DNA from: Lingula anatina
Taxonomy: Eukaryota; Animalia; Brachiopoda
Length of the DNA stretch: 64,000 nucleotides
Reading direction: 5' to 3'
Assembly (NCBI GenBank): GCA_051362555.1
Contig: CM120640.1
Span: 8,928,001 to 8,992,000, forward strand
The notes beneath the pieces are model-generated. The model was not told the origin of the DNA, did no database searches, and saw nothing but the letters and a program-made list of their open reading frames with translations. Numbering within the stretch: the stretch's first letter is position 1; the number at the start of each line of letters is the position of its first letter. Of this stretch, positions 14,101 through 26,964 are shown piece after piece. A program made the position numbers and the translations under genes.

Positions 14101-17100
14101 TTTGAACAAAAAAATTTACCACCAGAGTTAGCGCTGTCGGTACACATGGTTTCGGTCCCGTCCGGTCCGTTCCGCCGGCTCCGCCGCCATGTTACCGTTA
14201 CCGCTTCTCCTCCTAGACGGTAAGGGCCCCCGTACCCATCTCATGGATTTAGGTCACCTATAATCTCAACTCGTTCCACGTAAAATTTGGGCTTTGTCGG
14301 TATTGGGGTCTGGGTGTGGCACTCATTGCAATGCACCCTTGTCTAAAAATGGCAAAATTAAATGCTAATTATCTACCCTACAGAAGGAGTTACGGGAAAA
14401 ATTTCTATAGACGGCTTTCCAAAAGTCATATGTGTAGATTTCAAATATACCCTCGGATTTGACCTTTGACCTTTACTTCAAGGTCAAATGGGTCAAAATT
14501 TTCAAAAAAATGAAATTTTTTACGAAAAAAAATTTTTTTGCCCTGTTATTCAGACGCCACACAGACTTAACCAATAATATTATTGGAAAGTGTTACCCTT
14601 CAGGTCATCTTTCATCTCCGTGAATTTGGGGTCAATCGGTGCATTTTCACAGGAGTAGCGGCCATAAGATACCGAAACTGAAAACTGTCTCTAATTCGGG
14701 AACCGTTAATGCTAGAGACCCATTCTTTTTTGCATTTTGTAGAGCATGTAAAGCCCAACACTGGAGGTGGTCTCGGTTTTTTTGTATTCCATACGGTTTT
14801 CGAGTTACGCTGTATCAGAAAGTACATATTGGTGGTGAAAGGAAAATGTACGGAAGCCGACTGGTGCCATATGTAGAAAAAAAAATTATCTCGAAATTTC
14901 GAGATACTATTTTGAAATTTGAACAAAAAAAATTTTTATCTCGAAATTTCGAGATAGCATTTTGAAATTTGAACAAAAAAAAAATTATCTCGAAATTTCG
15001 AGATAGCATTTTGATATTTGAGCAAAAAAATTTATCTCGAAATTTCGAGATAGTATTTTGAAATTTGAACAAAAAAAATGCTATCTCGAAATTTCGAGAT
15101 AATTTTTTTTTTCAACATATGGCACCAGTCGGCTTCCGTAAAAATGTGCAGTACGGTAATGGATAATAAATTTTGAACTCCGGAAAAATAAAACATAATG
15201 CTTGGCAAAGCAGACAACTTGTGGTCAAAAATGACATTATTTTATCAAATTTAAACTTCTGCAACTTCAGAGAACCTCCCATTTCAAGAACTTTGACCAA
15301 AATGACCTTTTCTTTATTTTAATTAAAATTTTTCTGTAGGAAATTTATGGCACATTATGGTAACTCCAAAATTATAACATTTAGTCCCTTATATCTCCAA
15401 AACTGGCAGAGATAGGTCCATAGTTACTATTGAAGTTGAATAGGAAGTCATATACTGGCAATCTTACTGTGACCTTGACATTGACCTTTGACCTACTTTT
15501 CACCATGAACTGAACTTTGCAAATTTTGCTTCCCTTTTATCTCCAAAACTGGCAGAGATAGGTCCATAGTTACTATTGAAGTTGAATAGGAAGTCATATA
15601 CTGGCAATCTTACTGTGACCTTGAAATTGACCTTTGACCTACTTATCACCATGAACTGAACTTTGCAAATTTTGCTTCCCTTTTATCTCCAAAACTGGCA
15701 GAGATAGGTCCATAGTTACTATTGAACTTGAATAGGAAGTCATATACTGGCAATTTTACTGTGACCTTGAAATTGACCTTTGACCTACTTTTCACCTTGA
15801 ACTGAACTTTGCAAAATTTGCTTCCCTTTTATCTCCAAAACTGGCAGAGATAGGTCCATAGTTACTATTGAACTTGCATAGGAAGTCATATACTGGCAAT
15901 TTTAATGTGACCTTGAAATTGACCTTTGACCTTCTTTTCACCATGAACTGAACTTTGCAAATTTTGCTTCCCTTTTATCTCCAAAACTGGCAGAGATAGG
16001 TCCATAGTTACTATTGAAGTTGAATAGGAAGTCATATACTGGCAATCTAAATGTGACCTTGAAATTGACCTTTGACCTACTTTTCACCATGAACTGAACT
16101 TTGCAAATTTTGCTTCCCTTTTATCTCCAAAACTGGCAGAGATAGGTCCATAGTTACTATTGAAGTTGAATAGGAAGTCATATACTGGCAATCTTACTGT
16201 GACCTTGAAATTGACCTTTGACCTACTTTTCACCATGAACTGAACTTTGCAAATTTTGCTTCCCTTTTATCTCCAAAACTGGCAGAGATAGGTCCATAGT
16301 TACTATTGAAGTTGGATAGGAAGTCATATACTGGCAATTTACTGTGACCTTGAAATTGACCTTTGACCTACCTTACAATGAACTTAACTTTGATTGCACC
16401 ATTTTTAGTTATATATATTTTTTGCATATTTTGAAAATTCTTGTTGATTGCATTTTTACAGCTTGTCAAGCACAAGACTGGTGGCTGCACCCCTTATTTT
16501 GTGTATGTGGGGGTCTATACGAATGCGCTTGCTCCAGCTGGTGGTACAATATTCGGAGGCGGTATCGCCTCTCTGATCCTCTAGTATTATTACTGGAATT
16601 GATCTATCATCTATTTTTAAATAAATCTTGTTTATGTCAAAAGGAAAAATAGGGAAATAAGACTATTAAGATAAACATTGAAAAGATCAAGATGATATAA
16701 TTAAGCATAACTCTTTTTTTCCATTTTTTATCTGACCAATTTTATTTCCATCATAAACCTTGGTGTGAATATTTTGCTTTCTAGATGTGGCAGTTTGCCC
16801 CCAACAGTATTCACTATCTGCTCAGTCTGTGGCAGAGGATGGTGGCCTCGGTGCCCTATGTTAAGGCTACAGAACCCCACCTGCTGGAGACGTATACACC
16901 AGAGGTGACCAAGGCATACATCACATCTAGGCTGGAGTCAGTGGCTGTTGTATTAAGGTGAGTTATCCATGTTGGATTGGTCTTTTGGCTTAATAAATGG
17001 TGGGCTCAGTTTTTATTCTCCTTAAATCAGATAATAACAATTGATATTTCAGGAAAAAAAATTATCTATTTTTTAAGATGAACTTAAAGATACAGCCAAA

Positions 17101-20100
17101 AATATTTATGGAATAGCAAATACAGTTAAACTAATTTTCTCCAAAACTGAATATAGTAACTAGTTTGACATGTATTTTAGAGAAGGAATAGAAGATCCAC
17201 TTGATGACCAGGGACTAGTTTCCCAACAATTAGACCAGGTGAGTTGAATATAACTTTTTTTCTCATTAAAAATTCTCTGTGCTTGCTTATAAGTCATATA
17301 TTATCACTGATAATAACTGAGTTATGCTATCCTGTAAAGTATTAGGGCTTTTTGACATGAGTTGATGAGTGATTGATGGTGTAGGGATGTGCCTCTCTGT
17401 GAACTTGCATACACTTGTTATGTGTATGTTTACTTGTGTGTAAGAATGTGCAACATTGGTATAAGTATGTGTAGTAGATTATATTGGTTCACTTATTGTC
17501 AGTTGTAACTTCTATTTTTTTAGTTTAATGGATAGTGTTATGTTGAAGTCTTTTTGTTTTGTTTCAGTTATCAACAATTGGTCGGTGTGAATATGAGAAG
17601 ACATGTACATTGCTTGTTACATTGTTTGATGAGGCTGCCAATAAATATCAGGAGTTTGTGACAGCTGGGCAGAGAGGGTTCGATATTGCTGTTCAAGAAG
17701 GTACTGCAGCTTATTCTTAAATAATGTTTTCACTATGGCAGTTTATCAGATACTGTTAAAACTTTCATTTTTGCTTCTGGATGTTTTTGTAATGATTTTT
17801 TATACTAGTATCAGCAACTTTTTATGTTTTCTGTTTTTGTGATAATGCTGCTCAAAGTTCCCAAACTGTTACTAACCATTGGCCTTTAATAGTGTTATTT
17901 CATTTCTTTATTTATATTATTAATCAATATTATAATAAGTATTCTTAGAAATTTTTTCATGATTCAGTTTGTCAGTTCGGCAACAGTTAATCTGTGAAAT
18001 GTATTCTCTATTTCAGGCCGCCTAACGTGGCTTGTATATATAATTGGTGCTGTGATAGGAGGGCGTGTTTCATTTGCTAGCACAGATGATCATGATGCTA
18101 TGGATGGGGAGCTGGTTTGCAGGTCAGAGCTTTGCATCGCCTAAATTTTTTTTACAATTTTTATTTTTCTTATGGCAATGCAGCTAATTTAAATTCATCA
18201 AAACTTTAAAATAACCATGTATGGAAGCAGGTTTTTAATGTTGTTATTATGATATTTATTATCAATTATCTAGACCCATGCAGTAGCATAGATGTGGGGT
18301 AGGGTCTCTGGGGCCATTGGTGATTTTATATTCTTTTACTTGTAATTAATTATATTCTAACATGCAACAATAATTGCCACATAAATTTTTTCTACAAAGA
18401 TAATCCTTGTGCTGTCTTCAATTGATTTCATATTTTACATATGTAGTCTAGTATCATATTACAATATCAAAAGGCATTAAAGATATGAAAAAAATAATAT
18501 GTGAAAGCTATTGAAACAGAATATGTATTTCATACAGGGTCCTTCAGCTAATGAATTTAACAGATTCCCGTCTTGCGGAAAGAGGGTGTGAAAAATTAGA
18601 CTTGGCTATGCTTAGCTTCTTTGAGCAGTTCAGGAAGATTTATGTTGGAGATCAAGTACAGAAAACTTCCAAGGTAGTGTTTTTATTCCACTCTGATGCA
18701 TTGTGCTTAAGAGAAAAGTAAAAGTTGCAATATTTTTAAGTTCATTGTCTTGCATATAAGTTGTTGTTTTTTGTTGTTTTTTCAGGATATTTCTTGATGT
18801 CTTTTTTGTCATGATGCTTTATAAATTTCTATAGTTTTTCTCATTTAGTGCATATATTTATTTACTGTATCAAAAAGTTTCTCAGCACTATGTCAGGTGT
18901 CCTTTGTTCTGTGATCTAGGTATATAGAAGGCTGTCAGAGGTGCTTGGGCTTGGGGATGAATCTATGGTGCTAAGTGTGTTTGTTGGGAAAATGTAAGTT
19001 TATAATTACAGTTTAGTCATTTCTGTTTTATAATCATTTGCTGATTTATAAATTATAATTGATTATTATTTCAAAGAAGGTATAAAGAACAAGACAATAT
19101 TACTTCATTTCATGAAAATTTTTGTGTATTATGTATATGATATTGAACCATGTAAATTCTGGCTTGATTAGAATGTGATATTAAATCATATAAGTAGGGC
19201 TCTAATATATTATGTCAGCATTTTATTCCTTTGATGATTTCAGAATCACAAATTTAAAGTACTGGGGTGGAAGTGAGCTGATAATCAACAAGACTTTACA
19301 GCTGCTCAGCGACCTGTCTGTGGGCTACAGCAGTGTGCGCAAACTAGTCAAACTAGAGGCTGTGCAATTTGTTCTCAATAGCCATACAGTAAGTACAAAG
19401 GAGTTGTGATTTAGTTATATCTATATGAATTATAGCTGCAGTTTTAATGGAATTGATCATCTAAGGGTTTTATAAACACCATGAGGAAAGTTAAATTTGG
19501 GGATAAATGTGAAATATAAAGCCATAAATATGAGAATTTGACATTGGATATTGGAAAATTGAGTGAGACATTGTTAGCTTCAGTAATAGTACAAACAATT
19601 TTTTATCACTAATGAAAAGAAAATGAAAATAAGCTGAATTTTTGATGAAAATTTGCTTAAAGGCTTGAAAGTAACTATTATGATATTATTAATAGATCAA
19701 AATTTCTATTTCAGAGTGAGCATTTCCCATTCTTGGGCACTGCCAATACAGGCACCAATAGGATCAAAGACATGCGGTGCCGCACCATCTTCTATACAGC
19801 TCTGGGCCGCCTCCTCATGGTGGACCTGGGAGAGGATGAGGAGAGGTTTGAACTTTTCATGATGCCACTTACAGGTAGGATATTGGATGATAGCTGGGTT
19901 ATGCCATTAAAGTGATATTTTAAGTTATCATTATTAGCAGGAAGAGGTGGAGTAAGAAAATTACTTATATTCAAGGTGTTTATAGCCTAGTAGAAATATG
20001 TTATTACTGGTCAGTAAGACTGGTTTGTTAAATTGTATCTTAATCTTCAGGTGCATTTGATGCAGTTGGCAACATGTTGGCAGCAGCAGAAACCCCAAAT

Positions 20101-23100
20101 TTCAGGGAAGCAGAGGTCAAGGTAGGTCAAGATCAAGAGTTGAGGTTAAGCAAGTTCAGTAGGTGTCTTAAACACTCTTGCAGCATTTTATATTTGGTAT
20201 ATTATTTACTGAAAGATATTTTGTTATGTTTGTTTAGTGGATTGTTTGAAGTGTGTGTCATTGCATTTACATTTACATGCAGTTATGTTCATGCATTGAT
20301 GAGCATAGTGAACTTTGTTTGTGATTCATACATAAAATGTCTTTTTCAGAGAGCTTTGATAGGCCTTGCCCGGGATCTCAGAGGAGTTGCATTTGCATTT
20401 AACACAAAAACCAGTTATATGATGCTCTTTGATTGGGTGTATCCTTGAGTTTAGTCTGGAATAATAATAATTTTACTTCAATTACCCCCTTTTCCTCATG
20501 ATTGTAATGCTGAAGGTCATTAAAACTTGAAGAAAAGGATTTTTAGGTCTCAGTAATTATTGTTTACATAACTGTTTGCCATTATGTTGTATAAAAATAT
20601 TGAATTTTTAATTGAAAAAAAAATTTAATTGAAAAAAAAAATTTTTTTTTAATTGAAAAGTAGAATTATTTTGCAGATGTCATTGTGAATTTGTCAGTTA
20701 TTTTAATATCCCGTTCACTTTCCTTGACATGTATACAGTTACCCTACATATACTCCCATATTGTTACGGGCAGTTGAACTGTGGTACCATGACCCAGCCG
20801 TGACCACACCAATACTCAAACTCATGGCAGAGCTAGCTCAGAACAGGTCTGTATGGGTACATCTCTTAAGACAATGATCACAGTAGGCTTTTTGAAACAT
20901 GATGCCACACCCCACTGAAGGTGACAGGCAGTGAGAGCATTATCTTGAAATTAAGTTGTGAATTGGCTATAACTTTTACTATATAATCTCATTGTTATTA
21001 TGTCTTATCTGGAGAACACTTAAATATGTGCAGAAAAGGCTGTGAATTATTAAAAAAAGTTTTTTCTTAGCATGGCGAGTTTCATGTTGATTATCGGATA
21101 CTTGCTACCTTTTTTGTACTGATCTTGTCAAAATTTTGGTTCAGTTCATTTTAATTTTTTTTCACTAATGGTTTTCCATTTTGAAAATTGATAGGGCATT
21201 GTAAGATGCTTTCTGTTTATTTGACATAATCTTTTATTTTGTGTAATCTTCAGATCTCAAAGATTACAGTTTGATGTCTCTTCGCCAAATGGGATTTTGT
21301 TGTTCAGAGAAATCAGCAAAATTATGGTGGCCTATGGTAGGTGCATGTTGATTGAGTTTGTTGTGGTCCATTTAATAGTAATTTTTTTGTTATGGATTAT
21401 TTAAAAGAAAGTTTCTTAAACTTGCATGAAAAGTAAATTGGAGTAGAATTTCTTGTAATATTTCATGTTTGAATATAGCACAGGAAAAGAAGCTTAGTAT
21501 GTTTTCAGAAAGTAATTATTATAATTTAATGTAATATTTTTAATTTGGAATTTTATGTTTTCCAGGTTCACGTATACTTAGTCTTGGAGACATCCCCAAA
21601 GATCAAATGTATCCAATGAAACTGAAGGGCATTTCTATTTGCTTTAATATGTTAAAGGCAGCATTGTGTGGCGGCTATGTGAATTATGGCGTCTTCAGGC
21701 TCTATGGGGATGATGCTCTGGAGAACGCTTTGCAAATGTTTGTGAAGCTTCTGTTGTCAATACCCCAAGGAGACCTTTTGGTAAGTCCTCTGCTATGGAG
21801 GAGCACTGTGAACAAAATTGAAATGAAACATGATGGGCAGATTGCTTTCATACAGCAGCTAATCTTTTAAGACTGAAAATTGCTATAGACACGAGTGTTT
21901 ATATTATTTAAGATATTGATTTTGTGTGTAATTTTTTTATAATTTTCTCTATTTTTTTAAACAGGATTACCCAAAACTCAGCCAAACTTACTATGGCCTT
22001 TTAGAATGCATAGCACAAGACCACATGACATTCATTAGTAATTTAGAGCCTCAAGTCTTTCTGTATATCTTGTCCACAATATCTGATGGGCTCACAGCAT
22101 TAGGTGAGTTTTATATAACATACTAGATAAAGATTTTTTTTTATTTCTATTGTACTAGATAAAGAATTTTTTTTATTTCTATTGAATAAGTACAAATATA
22201 TCCATTCAAAATTTTCTTTATAAATCCACTGGCAGTGTTAAAGATTATAGTTGGTAATAGTGGAGAAATGTGTTTTTATGTTATAATCTGTAGCCTAATT
22301 GAAATTCTGTTAATTATTTAATTGCCTTATCAGTTTCAATTACAAACACAGGACTGTTTCTTAACTGCATTGTCACACCCACTGTCACATCTAACACACT
22401 TGCAATGATAATGTTTAGTGCACTGACAAGATGTACTTTTCTCTTTTTTCCCCTACAAAAACGCTGTTTTATATCATTTTTCAGATACAATGGTTTGTAC
22501 AGGTTGCTGTGCAGTCCTGGACAACATTGTTACTCATCTGTTTAAACGCCTCACCAAAAAGCACAAGAAACCCCACCCACATCAGGTTGGAGACAGTGAA
22601 ACCTTCCTTAGAGTTCTGGAGTTACATCCAGATATATTACAACAGGTGAGTCTGTGTATTAACACCAGGCAAATTTGGCATCTTTTGTTTAAACAAGGTG
22701 CCACTTCTGTCACATAATATGTTATATAATAGGAACACCATCTAGTGAATTTTTTGTTGAAAGTAATAGAATGTTAAATGCAGTATATTAAATATGGTGA
22801 AATTGTATGTAAAAGACAAATTTAGGCCCTATAGAAACAACCTTTTGCTAGTATACTAAATTTCTCTTTAAGATCCCAGTTTTGTTAAACCAGACTGTCA
22901 CAATAACTTAAAGGCTGTTACTTTTTTCTCTCAGATGCTTTCTACAGTTTTGAATATCATCATGTTTGAGGACTGCAGGAACCAGTGGTCTATGTCCAGG
23001 CCTCTTTTAGGTCTCATACTGCTCAATGAAGAAGTGAGTATTAGGCATGCTAGGTCTTATACTACTCCGTATAACTCGATATGCCTTATTACTAAGTTAA

Positions 23101-23876
23101 GAAGTGAGTGTTACATGCCAGGTCTTATTCTGCACAATGGAAAATTTTTTATTCATGTAAGATCTTATGGGCCTCAAGGAAAGCATGGATATTTAGTAAA
23201 GATTGAGAGTAGAATTATTTCTGTGTCTTGGTTCCATTACAGCTGTCTTGGTGCACAGTGGGTAAGATGAGATGTCAGAGAAGAATGTTAAAAACAATGA
23301 ATTTAATTTTATTTATTATTATTTTTTTTTTTCATTTTATTTTATTTTTTATTTAAATAATCCTAAGTTTCTTTTTGGGTTAAATTTTTATTATCAAATA
23401 ATGATTTTTTTTTATTTCAGTATTTCAACAAACTGCGAGACAATATTATTTCCAGCCAGCCAGCAGACAAGCAGCAAGCAATGGCACAGTGCTTTGAAAG
23501 CCTAATGGATGGCATTGAAAGGTCTTTGCTGACCAAAAATAGAGATAGGTAAGGGATACTTTTACCCTTGTGATATTCTGGTAGCTCCTTGTTAGATAGC
23601 ATCGAATATTATATTTAATTTCTCAAAGCTTAAAAATCCTCTTTTTGATCCAGCAGATGAGAAGTTCTTACTTCTTTAATCTTTGGCAAAAATTAAAACC
23701 ACAAAAGTTAAAATTACAAAATTTGTAAATATTTTTTGATATTTTGATAGGAATGTTATTCAAACTTTTTTCTTACCAGGTTTACGCAGAATTTATCAGT
23801 TTTCCGTCGCGATGTCAATGACTCACTGAAAGCACCTACATCAAATGTTACTTCCTTGAATGACATGATGAGTTAA
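3701..23876 (+). CDS. XPO7: Exportin-7 (RanBP16), 29 coding exons, about 1097 aa
   Basis: Exons: 3701-3715, 4503-4649, 5271-5364, 5619-5689, 5936-6031, 6239-6316, 11314-11463, 11738-11864, 12215-12288, 12542-12661, 13099-13245, 16785-16957, 17181-17238, 17568-17700, 18017-18122, 18538-18673, 18920-18993, 19244-19388, 19715-19874, 20051-20121, 20350-20438, 20739-20846, 21254-21336, 21566-21780, 21965-22103, 22485-22645, 22935-23033, 23421-23548, 23780-23876. These sum to 3294 nt, in frame. Hallmark peptides: [108 protein letters not shown]. Confidence 0.97.
5074..5122. repeat. (TTA)n microsatellite
   Basis: Direct run of TTA units in XPO7 intron 2. Confidence 0.95.
7954..9917 (+). mobile_element. 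Helentron-associated non-autonomous element (HINE/DINE-1-like) in XPO7 intron 6
   Basis: Begins after a T-run with the palindrome ATGTACAGACACA-G-ATGTGTCTGTACAT, followed by a (GTCGCC)n microsatellite at about 8008-8053. It holds four central repeats of about 159 bp (anchors 8133, 8292, 8451, 8611) and three degenerate repeats of about 310 bp (9081, 9402, 9704). It ends with the 3' subTIR GTCTGTACAT (9886-9895) and the hairpin GACAGCTTTGCTGCC before TTGTT. Confidence 0.8.
13301..14934 (+). repeat. Near-identical 817-bp tandem duplication of the HINE 5' part
   Basis: ACCACCAG restarts at 14118, and identical spurious ORFs recur at an offset of 817 (13795/14612, 13822/14639). Confidence 0.95.
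14851..15138. mobile_element. MITE nested in the HINE, with five ATCTCGAAATTTCGAGAT palindromes
   Basis: TIRs CGGAAGCCGACTGGTGCCATATGT ... ACATATGGCACCAGTCGGCTTCCG, flanked by TA on both sides. Internal periodicity is about 49 bp. A truncated left arm also occurs at about 14034-14116. Confidence 0.85.
15386..16390 (+). repeat. 146-bp tandem satellite array (about 7 units) inside the HINE
   Basis: ATCTCCAAAACTGGCAGAGATAGGTCCATAG recurs at 15393, 15539, 15685, 15831, 15977, 16123 and 16269. Confidence 0.95.
20439..20738 (+). other. U12-type (minor spliceosome) GT-AG intron of XPO7
   Basis: 5' splice site GTATCCTTG; branch site TTTCCTTGAC ending 10 nt before the exon; no polypyrimidine tract. 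Splicing restores ...[20 protein letters not shown]. Confidence 0.9.
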
Positions 23877-25644
23877 CACTTGGCAATGTGGAAAAATTCC
23901 ATCTGATACAGTGGTTAAGGTGATCTTGAAGACAGGGCTCTGGAATAACGTCAAGAATACCGAGAGCATTCTGTTTGATGCCAAAATCATGGAAAGAAGA
24001 GAATCATCCGCAGAGGGGTTATAAAGCAGTGCTTTAAATAAGCACCACATCCCAAGAATTAACACATGGTTGCTGGTGTTTTTCTTTTTGATGCCAAAGT
24101 CAATGAAAGAATAGATTTGTCATCACGACAGTCGTTTAACAGATGCCCAAGATAGGAAATAAAAACACTTCCACAAAGAAAGCAGTTCAATGTAGCAGTT
24201 TTAATAATAGGAGTGTTGTTCCTTGATCCAAAATCATGGAAATGCTTTGAAAAAATTAATAAGGTTTTGAAGAATGAATGCTTTGCTACAATGTTTATGA
24301 AATACAGAAAATCAATGTCTTATTTGATTCTTCTTGTGTAAGGAGGCATTAATTCTTATTGGGGGAAAACCCATTGATCTAGAAGACGTATAATACAGGA
24401 AATGCCAAATTTTCATGGTTCCTTAAGAGCCCTGGTGCACTTTGTATTCATGCTTATGGTAAAATGGAAGAAGATATAAGATTGAACTTGAAGGCTGTAT
24501 TTGTTCCATGTAGTGCTTACCAGTGCTTGAGACAGAGACCCAAATAGCCTTTCCAATCCAATAGAAATGTGGGATATTGTTATGGAATGCTAACTCTGAC
24601 TCATCTGAAATCTTTTAAAGACTTGCTTATCAAGAGGGAAACAATTTCTGAGTGCATGAAAAAGAGTTGCATTATAAATGTTGATTCAAAATGTCTCGTG
24701 GAGTGATTGGGCCAACATGTAATAGTTGAGGTTATCTGCAGTTGGTGGCACTGTCATAAGCTTGTGGATGTATTATACATTCAGAATTGTATGTGAATGC
24801 ATGTAAATGAAGGATGCAAACACAATGCTAAACATTCCGAGATTTTGTTGTCCTACTAAAAGAAGCCTAGTTTGAAAGAGTAATGAATACTTCTAAAAAA
24901 GTATAGAGTATTTGCATGCCTTTCAGCATTTCAGTAACTGCCTGTTTATATCTCGAGTAGTTTGAATTTAAGAAAAGGTATGGTCATACAAGATATAGTC
25001 AACAACTCGTGTTCATTTCAGTCTTAGTGGATTGCTGATATGAAATTCAATCACTGACATCTCATTTTAATAGTGCTAGTAGTAATTGCATTAGCTATTC
25101 CTTTCAAATGACATCATTTCATCAGCTATCACTACATTTTCATAATTGGAACTTGATGAATTGGAGAAAACTTATCTAATGATGATGTTTTACACTGCCA
25201 TATTGAATTATAGTTTCTGTTGATGAATTAGTGGGCATTGCTTTATAACAGTAGGCTTGGGATGAAAAGCGTAGAAGGATGTGAAATTTGATTTCAGGGG
25301 AAATGTCAGTTAAGATAACAATCTTGACTTATAGATTTCATCTCTGGAAAAAATTGTCTATTTTTTGCAAAGCTTTATAGTCTACCCTCTGTACAGAATT
25401 ACCAGTGGTTGGTTGGTGGACACTTTAAAGGTCACAATTCTCTATCAAGACATCAATGTGGTTCAAATAGAATAGGTATTGGGTCCCTCACTAAGAATTA
25501 TGCCAGATGATGCTCCTGGGTTGTTTTGTTGGAAGCAATTAATACTGTTGACGGTTGTATTGAGAGTAATGTGGTAACAAAAAGTCTGTATTCTGCGGAT
25601 GGAACAGTTTTGCAAAGGGTCAAGCTTCTGAACTTTGTTTATAT

Positions 25645-25650
25645 AATAAA
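25645..25650 (+). promoter_or_regulatory. Candidate polyadenylation signal of XPO7
   Basis: AATAAA followed by a GT/T-rich downstream element (TTATTTGTTGTTATGTTATTTGTTG at 25681). This implies a 3' UTR of about 1.8 kb. Confidence 0.55.
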
Positions 25651-26964
25651 GTGATGAAAAAATTCATTGAATCAACAAAATTATTTGTTGTTATGTTATT
25701 TGTTGAAGATTCATCCTTGAGCTGTTTTTGTTAAAGTTATAATAACTCTTCGTTTTGGCCAAAAATACGATTTCCTGGAAAAAAACGGCAATTTTCCCGT
25801 ACTTGCCAATGGTCAACGACCCCATTCCTGTATTCAAAGTTAATCCAGGGTTTTTTTCCTAAACGTACGGTTTTTTGTTAAAATCTCTTAAGAGATTTTA
25901 ACTGACGGAGCCCTCTCGTATCGAGCGATAGTTTCTGGTGACCTACTTAAAACCGTGGGAAAAGCAGACAACAACAACACTATATAACAATATTATAAGA
26001 TTCATAAGATATATCCGTCTTTTTGCTCAAAATGCATTTATATCTACAATGTGTGCAATTCTGGGCTTTTCGTTATCCGACGCACTGTACAAAAACTCTC
26101 AACTTGCGTCTGAGGGTTTCCCGCCATGTTATTTTGGTCTCGAATGAACGCGAGAATCCGCGTGACACCTAAACGTCATTGGCAACGGATGCACTTGTCG
26201 ACCGCGAAGAAAGGCACGAAAGCCCAAGTGACAAGCACAGATTTTAGTTTTACTACAATGACAGTCGTTTTAGTGGGAAAATGCAACAGAATATATTTCC
26301 AGGCGTTGTTTACAATGTATTTCTTGCGGAATTTTGAATCTCAAAGGAAGAGTTATTATTGCTTTAAGGGCATATGGTTGCTTATTTTCAATATGCTAGC
26401 TGCATAAGGCAGATTCTGAAGAGCCGACACTGGGAAGCAAAAAGTGAACAAAAATAATTGCCTGACAAAGAATTTCAGGAAAACTTTACAGGACTTCTTG
26501 TCAAACATGCATCTACCCTTACAATTTGAGCATTTCAATCACACACACATAAAACCCTCCAAATATGCAATCCAACTCACTGCATGCATGCCAGGAAGTA
26601 TACAATTATGATGTTAAAATAGCCCAGCTAAGTTGGTCAACAGTCCAGCAAACATAGCCACTGTCTCATGAATGAGAGGCAATTGGTAGTTTGCATTTTC
26701 AAAGTATTTCTTTCATTTATTCAAAAACTACTAAACTAAAAACAACTGCTGAATTTCAAGAAATCTGCAAATTGATATACAAAATATAGTGAGCTGTATT
26801 ATAAACAAATTTCTAAAATATTTTTAAAACTTATGTAAAAGATTATGTTAAAGCAGATGCATCATGCAATACCTGACCTAAAATTACAAGAATCTCTTGT
26901 GCATAAAAGATTGGATACAGAATGATAACTGCATTATCTTTTACATCATTTTAAAGCAATTTCC

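Larger units (their letters stand above)
13294..16586 (+). mobile_element. Composite HINE/Helentron-derived element in XPO7 intron 11
   Basis: 5' subTIR TATTGTACCACCAGC with hairpin CCAGCG-TTAG-CGCTGG and TCCG-rich microsatellite. 3' subTIR GCTGGTGGTACAATA (about 16537-16551), hairpin GAGGCG-GTAT-CGCCTC and terminal CTAG. Inside are an 817-bp duplication, a nested MITE and a 146-bp satellite. Confidence 0.85.

Noticed and set aside
14885-15102. Regularly spaced palindromic repeats that superficially resemble a CRISPR array
   Set aside because: The spacers are copies of each other, the array is enclosed by TIRs, the context is a eukaryotic intron, and there are no cas genes.
13795-15300. Duplicated ORFs of 85-133 aa on both strands
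   Set aside because: They lie within the HINE duplication and the palindromic MITE and show no protein motifs.
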